From Enterobacteria phage FrMerlot: DNA of 4,222 nt. The stretch lies in sequence record PP430144.1. The stretch is one strand, 5' to 3'. The notes under the pieces were generated by a model. The model did not search any database. It worked only from the letters and a program-made list of their open reading frames with translations, and was not told the origin of the DNA. The translations under genes and the position numbers were made by a program. Below are positions 1-4,222 of this stretch, piece after piece. Position 1 is the stretch's first letter. Each line of letters starts with the position of its first letter.

Positions 1-2
1 TC

Positions 3-15
3 CCCCCTTAGGGGG
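3..15 (+). other. 5'-terminal stem-loop in the 5' UTR (CCCCC / GGGGG stem, UUA loop)
   Basis: Direct reading: c3-c7 pairs with g11-g15 around loop t8-t9-a10. A stable GC-rich terminal hairpin is characteristic of levivirus 5' ends. Confidence 0.55.
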
Positions 16-46
16 TCACCTCACACAGCAGTATTTCACTGAGTAT

Positions 47-53
47 AAGAGGA
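47..53 (+). promoter_or_regulatory. Shine-Dalgarno-like AAGAGGA upstream of the A2 start
   Basis: Purine-rich AAGAGGA ends 3 nt before the ATG at 57-59; the GAGG core lies 4-7 nt upstream. Confidence 0.5.
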
Positions 54-56
54 CAT

Positions 57-1319
57 ATGCCTAAATTACCACGTGGTCTACGTTTCGGAGCCGATAATGA
101 AATTCTTAATGACTTTCAAGAGCTCTGGTTTCCAGATCTCTTTATCGAATCTTCCGACACGCATCCGTGGTACACACTGAAAGGTCGTGTGTTGAACGCC
201 CATCTTGACGATCGCCTACCTAATGTAGGTGGCCGCCAGGTTAGACGTACTCCGCATCGTGCTACCGTTCCGATTGCCTCTACAGGCCTTCGTCCGGTAA
301 CAACCGTTCAGTATGATCCTACAGCACTATCGTTCTTGTTGAACGCTCGTGTTGATTGGGATTTCGGTAATGGCGATAGCGCGAACCTGGTCATTAATGA
401 CTTTTTGTTTCGCACTTTTGCACCTAAGGACTTCGATTTCTCGAATTCCCTAGTTCCTCGTTATAATCGGGCCTTCTCCGCTTTTAATGCCAAATATGGT
501 ACTATGATCGGCGAAGGGCTCGAGACTATAAAATATCTCGGGCTGTTACTGCGCAGACTGCGTGAGGGTTACCGCGCTGTTAAGCGTGGCGATTTACGTG
601 CTCTTCGCAGGGTTATCCAGTCTTACCATAATGGTAAATGGAAACCGGCTACTGCTGGTAATCTCTGGCTTGAATTCCGCTATGGTCTTATGCCTCTCTT
701 CTATGACATCAAAGACGTCATGTTAGATTGGCAGAAACGCCACGACAGGATTCAACGCCTCCTTCGGTTTTCAGTTGGTCACGGTGAGGACTATGTTGTC
801 GAATTTGACAACCTATATCCCGCCATCGCCTACTTTAAACTTAAAGGTGAGATTACACTCGAACGCCGTCATCGTCATGGTATAACCTACGCTAACCGCG
901 AAGGATATGCTGTTTTCGATAACGGTTCCCTTCGGCCTGTGTCCGATTGGAAGGAACTTGCCACTGCATTCATCAATCCGCATGAAGTTGCGTGGGAGTT
1001 AACTCCCTACAGCTTCGTTGTTGATTGGTTTTTGAATGTCGGTGACATACTTGCTCAGCAAGGTCAACTATATCATAATATCGATATCGTAGACGGTTTT
1101 GACAGACGTGACATTCGTCTCAAATCTTTCACCATAAGTGGTGAACGAAATGGGCGACCTGTTAACGTTTCTGCTGACCTGTCTGCTGTCGATACATTTT
1201 ATAGTCGATTACATACGAGCAAGCTTCCGTTCGCTACACTTGATCTCGATACTACCTTCAGTTCGTATAAACACGTTCTTGATAGTATCTTTCTATTAAC
1301 CCAACGCATCAAGCGTTGA
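57..1319 (+). CDS. A2: Maturation protein A2 (virion attachment protein; in Q-beta also the lysis effector that inhibits MurA)
   Basis: 420-aa ORF with ATG start and TGA stop at 1317-1319, first gene after a 56-nt leader. The translation (MPKLPRGLRFGADNEILNDFQELWFPDLF...LLTQRIKR) is recognisably the Q-beta A2 protein with scattered substitutions, judged from memory rather than by alignment. Confidence 0.95.
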   Translation: MPKLPRGLRFGADNEILNDFQELWFPDLFIESSDTHPWYTLKGRVLNAHLDDRLPNVGGRQVRRTPHRATVPIASTGLRPVTTVQYDPTALSFLLNARVDWDFGNGDSANLVINDFLFRTFAPKDFDFSNSLVPRYNRAFSAFNAKYGTMIGEGLETIKYLGLLLRRLREGYRAVKRGDLRALRRVIQSYHNGKWKPATAGNLWLEFRYGLMPLFYDIKDVMLDWQKRHDRIQRLLRFSVGHGEDYVVEFDNLYPAIAYFKLKGEITLERRHRHGITYANREGYAVFDNGSLRPVSDWKELATAFINPHEVAWELTPYSFVVDWFLNVGDILAQQGQLYHNIDIVDGFDRRDIRLKSFTISGERNGRPVNVSADLSAVDTFYSRLHTSKLPFATLDLDTTFSSYKHVLDSIFLLTQRIKR

Positions 1320-1339
1320 AACTTTGGGTCAATTTGATC

Positions 1340-1741
1340 ATGGCAAAATTAGAGACTGTTACTTTAAGTAACATCGGGAAAGATGGAAAACAAACTCTGG
1401 TCCTCAACCCGCGTGGGGTAAATCCCACTAACGGTGTTGCCGCGCTTTCACAAGCGGGTGCAGTTCCTGCGCTGGAGAAGCGTGTTACCGTTTCGGTATC
1501 TCAGCCTTCTCGTAATCGTAAGAACTACAAGGTCCAGGTTAAAATCCAGAACCCGACCGCTTGTACTGCAAACGGTTCTTGTGACCCATCCGTTACTCGC
1601 CAGGCGTATGCTGACGTGACCTTTTCGTTCACGCAGTATAGTACCGATGAGGAACGAGCTTTTGTTCGTACGGAGCTTATCGCTCTGCTCGCTAGTCCTC
1701 TGTTGATCGATGCTATCGATCAACTGAATCCAGCGTATTGA
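1340..1741 (+). CDS. cp: Major coat (capsid) protein
   Basis: ATG at 1340-1342 to TGA at 1739-1741, 133 codons. The translation MAKLETVTLSNIGKDGKQTLVLNPRGVNPTNGVA...IDAIDQLNPAY is a Q-beta-type coat protein. The ORF-track start at 1316 is a TTG that overlaps the A2 stop and is not used here. Confidence 0.95.
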   Translation: MAKLETVTLSNIGKDGKQTLVLNPRGVNPTNGVAALSQAGAVPALEKRVTVSVSQPSRNRKNYKVQVKIQNPTACTANGSCDPSVTRQAYADVTFSFTQYSTDEERAFVRTELIALLASPLLIDAIDQLNPAY

Positions 1742-2338
1742 ACACTGCTCATTGCCGGTGGTGGCTCAGGGTCTAAACCCGATGGTCCGGTTATTATTAC
1801 TCCGGATCCACCGATAGATCCGCCGCCAGGTACAGGTAAGTATGCCTGTCCCTTCGCAATTTGGTCCCTAGAGGAGGTTTACGAGTCTCCTACTAAGAAC
1901 CGACCGTGGCCTATCTATAATGCTGTTGAACTCCAGCCCCGCGAGTTTGATGTTGCCCTTAAAGATCTTTTGGGCAATACAAAATGGCGTGATTGGGATT
2001 CACGGCTTAGTTATACCACGTTCCGCGGTTGCCGTGGCAACGGTTATATTGACCTTGATGCGAGTTATCTTGCTACTGATCAGGCTATGCGTGATCAGAA
2101 GTACGACATTCGCGAAGGCAAGAAACCTGGTGCTTTCGGTAACATTGAGCGATTCATTTATCTTAAGTCGATAAATGCTTATTGCTCTCTTAGCGATATT
2201 GCGGCCTATCACGCCGATGGTGTGATAGTTGGCTTTTGGCGCGATCCATCTAGTGGTGGTGCCATACCGTTTGACTTCACTAAGTTTGATAAGACTAAAT
2301 GTCCCATTCAAGCCGTGATAGTCGTTCCTCGTGCTTAG
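1340..2338 (+). CDS. A1: A1 read-through protein (coat protein plus C-terminal extension; minor capsid protein)
   Basis: I translated 1742-1969 by hand and found no stop; the track ORF 1970-2338 is in the same frame (position mod 3 = 2). Total 332 aa if the UGA is read as a sense codon. The extension (TLLIAGGGSGSKPDGPVIITPDPPIDPPPGTGKY...PIQAVIVVPRA) matches the Q-beta read-through domain. Confidence 0.9.
1739..1741 (+). other. Leaky UGA stop codon of the coat gene (programmed read-through site)
   Basis: The frame stays open for 199 further sense codons after this UGA, ending at TAG-TAA at 2336-2341. In Q-beta this UGA is suppressed at low frequency by host tRNA-Trp to make A1. Confidence 0.85.
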
Positions 2339-2343
2339 TAACT

Positions 2344-2348
2344 AAGGA
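2344..2348 (+). promoter_or_regulatory. Shine-Dalgarno (AAGGA) for the replicase gene
   Basis: AAGGA lies 8 nt upstream of the ATG at 2357, in the 18-nt gap between the A1 stop and the replicase start. Confidence 0.55.
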
Positions 2349-2352
2349 TGAA

Positions 2353-2372
2353 ATGCATGTCTAAGACAGCAT
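2353..2372 (+). promoter_or_regulatory. Translational operator hairpin (coat-protein binding site) over the replicase initiation codon
   Basis: AUGCAUGUCUAAGACAGCAU folds as an 8-bp stem (2353-2356 and 2358-2361 paired with 2365-2372), a bulged A at 2357 and a 3-nt UAA loop at 2362-2364. The replicase AUG (2357-2359) sits inside the stem. This is the Q-beta-type operator architecture. Confidence 0.8.
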
Positions 2373-4126
2373 CTTCGCATAACTCTCTTAGCGCACAATT
2401 GCGCCGAGCCGCGAACACAAGAATTGAGGTCGAAGGTAACCTCGCACTTTCCATTGCCAACGACTTACTATTGGCTTATGGTCAATCGCCATTTAGCTCT
2501 GAGGCTGAGTGTATTTCATTCAGCCCGAGATTCGACGGGACCCCGGATGACTTTAGGATAAGTTATCTTAAAGCCGAGATCATGTCGAAGTATGACGATT
2601 TCAGCCTAGGTATTAATACCGAAGCTGCTGCCTGGGAAAAGTTCCTAGCAGCAGAGGCTGAATGTGCTTTAACGAACGCTCGTCTCTATAGGCCTGACTA
2701 CAGTGAGGATTTCAATTTCTCACTGGGCGAGTCATGTATTCACATGGCCCGCAGAAAAATAGTCAAGTTAATAGGAGACGCTCCGTCCGTTGAGGGTATG
2801 TTGCGTCACTGCCGTTTCTCTGGTGGTGCCACAACAACGAATAACCGTTCGCACGGTCATCCGTCCTTCAAGTTTGCGCTTCCACAAGCGTGTACGCCTC
2901 GGGCTTTGAAGTATGTTTTAGCTCTTAGAGCTTCTACACACTTCGATATCAGAATTTCTGATATTAGCCCTTTTAATAAAGCAGTTACTGTACCTAAGAA
3001 CAGTAAGACCGATCGCTGTATTGCTATCGAACCTGGTTGGAATATGTTTTTTCAACTAGGCATCGGTGGTATCTTACGTGATCGGTTGCGGTGCTGGGGT
3101 GTCGATCTGAATGATCAGACGATAAATCAGCGTCGCGCTCACGAAGGCTCCGTTACTAATAACTTAGCAACGGTTGATCTCTCAGCGGCAAGCGATTCTA
3201 TATCTCTTGCTCTCTGTGAGCTCTTATTGCCCCCAGGCTGGTTTGAGGTTCTTATGGATCTCAGATCACCTAAAGGGCGGTTGCCTGACGGTAGTGTTGT
3301 TACCTATGAGAAAATATCCTCTATGGGTAACGGATACACATTCGAGCTTGAGTCGCTTATCTTTGCTTCTCTTGCTCGTTCCGTTTGTGAGATACTGAAC
3401 TTAGACTCGTCTGAGGTCACTGTTTACGGAGACGATATTATTTTACCGTCCTGTGCAGTACCTGCCCTTCAGGAAGTTTTTAAGTATGTTGGTTTTACGA
3501 CCAATACTAAAAAGACTTTTTTTGAGGGGCCGTTCAGAGAGTCGTGCGGTAAGCACTACTATTCTGGCGTAGATGTTACTCCCTTTTACATACGTCACCG
3601 TATAGTGACTCCTGCCGATTTAATACTGGTTTTGAATAACCTATATCGGTGGGCCACGATTGATGGCGTATGGGATCCTAGGGCCCATTCCGTGTACCTC
3701 AAGTATCGTAAGTTGTTGCCTAAACAGCTGCAACGTAATACTATACCTGATGGTTACGGTGATGGAGCCCTCGTCGGATCGGTCCTGATCAATCCTTTCG
3801 CGAAAAACCGCGGGTGGATCCGGTACGTACCGGTGATCATAGACCATACAAGGGACCGAGAGCGTGTTGAATCGGGGTCGTATCTTTACGACCTCTTTTC
3901 GCGTTGCTTTTCGGAAAGTAACGATGGGTTGCCTCTAAGGGGTCCGTCGAGTTGCGATTCTGTAGATCTATTTGCTATCGATCAACTTATCTGCAGGAGT
4001 AATCCTACAAAGATAAGCAGATCTACTGGTAAATTCGATATACAGTATATCGCGTGCAGTAGCCGTGTTCTGGCACCCTACGGGGTCTTCCAGGGCACGA
4101 AGGTTACATCTCTACACGAGGTGTAA
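2357..4126 (+). CDS. rep: RNA-dependent RNA polymerase (replicase beta subunit)
   Basis: ATG at 2357 (MSKTASSHNSL...) to TAA at 4124-4126, 589 aa. The catalytic YGDD motif is encoded at 3425-3436 (tac gga gac gat) in frame. The translation is recognisably Q-beta replicase. An in-frame ATG three codons upstream (2348) overlaps the SD and is less likely to be the start. Confidence 0.93.
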   Translation: MSKTASSHNSLSAQLRRAANTRIEVEGNLALSIANDLLLAYGQSPFSSEAECISFSPRFDGTPDDFRISYLKAEIMSKYDDFSLGINTEAAAWEKFLAAEAECALTNARLYRPDYSEDFNFSLGESCIHMARRKIVKLIGDAPSVEGMLRHCRFSGGATTTNNRSHGHPSFKFALPQACTPRALKYVLALRASTHFDIRISDISPFNKAVTVPKNSKTDRCIAIEPGWNMFFQLGIGGILRDRLRCWGVDLNDQTINQRRAHEGSVTNNLATVDLSAASDSISLALCELLLPPGWFEVLMDLRSPKGRLPDGSVVTYEKISSMGNGYTFELESLIFASLARSVCEILNLDSSEVTVYGDDIILPSCAVPALQEVFKYVGFTTNTKKTFFEGPFRESCGKHYYSGVDVTPFYIRHRIVTPADLILVLNNLYRWATIDGVWDPRAHSVYLKYRKLLPKQLQRNTIPDGYGDGALVGSVLINPFAKNRGWIRYVPVIIDHTRDRERVESGSYLYDLFSRCFSESNDGLPLRGPSSCDSVDLFAIDQLICRSNPTKISRSTGKFDIQYIACSSRVLAPYGVFQGTKVTSLHEV

Positions 4127-4133
4127 CCTGGGA

Positions 4134-4152
4134 GGGCGCCAATATGGCGCCT
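4134..4152 (+). other. 3'-UTR hairpin 1 (GGGCGCC / GGCGCCU stem, AAUAU loop)
   Basis: Direct reading: 4134-4140 pairs with 4146-4152, six G-C pairs plus a closing G-U, around a 5-nt loop. Confidence 0.55.
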
Positions 4153-4176
4153 AATTGTGAATAAATTATCACAATT
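4153..4176 (+). other. 3'-UTR hairpin 2 (AAUUGUGA / UCACAAUU stem, 8-nt A/U loop)
   Basis: Direct reading: a perfect 8-bp stem, 4153-4160 with 4169-4176, around loop AUAAAUUA (4161-4168). Confidence 0.55.
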
Positions 4177-4188
4177 ACTCTTATGAGT

Positions 4189-4216
4189 GAGAGAGGGATC
4201 TGCTTTGCCCTCTCTC
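4189..4216 (+). other. 3'-terminal hairpin (GAGAGAGGG / CCCUCUCUC stem, 10-nt loop AUCUGCUUUG)
   Basis: Direct reading: a perfect 9-bp stem, 4189-4197 with 4208-4216, leaving the last six nt (CUCCCA) single-stranded. Confidence 0.6.
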
Positions 4217-4218
4217 CT

Positions 4219-4222
4219 CCCA
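4219..4222 (+). other. 3'-terminal CCCA, the levivirus genome terminus and replicase initiation site
   Basis: The window ends ...cctccca. Levivirus plus strands end in CCCA-OH, with the final A untemplated. Confidence 0.7.

Noticed and set aside
1316-1339. ORF-track extension of the coat ORF upstream to a TTG at 1316
   Set aside because: The TTG overlaps the A2 stop codon. The ATG at 1340 gives the canonical MAKLETVTL N-terminus.
1434-1619. 61-aa + strand ORF in the +1 frame within the coat gene
   Set aside because: It starts at GTG with no SD and is fully embedded in the highly structured coat cistron. Its Arg-rich composition is typical of an out-of-frame reading of coding sequence.
1448-1723. 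91-aa ORF on the minus strand inside the coat gene
   Set aside because: The minus strand of a positive-sense ssRNA phage is a replication intermediate and is not translated. It has no upstream signals and is fully antisense to a conserved gene.
2000-2311. 103-aa ORF on the minus strand inside the A1 extension
   Set aside because: Same reasoning: an antisense frame of an RNA phage with no plausible expression route.
2348-2356. In-frame ATG three codons upstream of the replicase start (MKC-MSK...)
   Set aside because: This ATG overlaps the AAGGA Shine-Dalgarno sequence, so it has no ribosome-binding site of its own. The ATG at 2357 is correctly spaced and sits in the operator hairpin, giving the canonical MSKTASS N-terminus.
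3174-3398. 74-aa hydrophobic + strand ORF in the +1 frame within the replicase gene
   Set aside because: It starts at TTG with no SD. The hydrophobicity is explained by U-rich wobble positions of the replicase frame becoming codon second positions. It is weaker than the ATG-initiated ORF at 1920.
3641-3847. 68-aa ORF on the minus strand inside the replicase gene
   Set aside because: Same reasoning: antisense to the replicase and most likely a chance open frame.
4135-4151. GGCGCC...GGCGCC palindromes as a DNA-level protein binding or restriction-related site
   Set aside because: The genome is RNA in nature. The palindrome is better explained as the two arms of an RNA hairpin in the 3' UTR.
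1-4222. CRISPR arrays, tRNA or rRNA genes, insertion sequences, long direct or inverted repeats
   Set aside because: None seen. The window is densely protein-coding on one strand, with only short local hairpins in the UTRs and at gene junctions.

Overview
The whole window is a DNA copy of a near-complete positive-sense ssRNA coliphage genome of the Q-beta type (Allolevivirus/Qubevirus-like), not a piece of a cellular chromosome. All coding is on the + strand in the canonical order: maturation/lysis protein A2 (57-1319), coat protein (1340-1741), the A1 minor capsid protein made by read-through of the coat UGA stop (1340-2338), and the RNA-dependent RNA polymerase beta subunit (2357-4126, YGDD motif at 3425-3436). 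The non-coding parts carry the expected RNA elements: a 5'-terminal hairpin, the coat-protein-binding operator hairpin over the replicase start, three 3'-UTR hairpins and a terminal CCCA. The identification rests on reading the translations and on recalled Q-beta protein sequences and coordinates; no alignment was run. I see no evidence of a previously undescribed system: this is a well-characterised genome type. The points most worth a second look are a probable 9-nt in-frame insertion in the A1 hinge, a 5' end that lacks the usual leading G residues, complementarity between the 3'-terminal hairpin loop and a site about 1.2 kb upstream that fits the long-range pseudoknot known for Q-beta, and a speculative 84-codon ATG-initiated ORF in the +1 frame inside the A1 extension.
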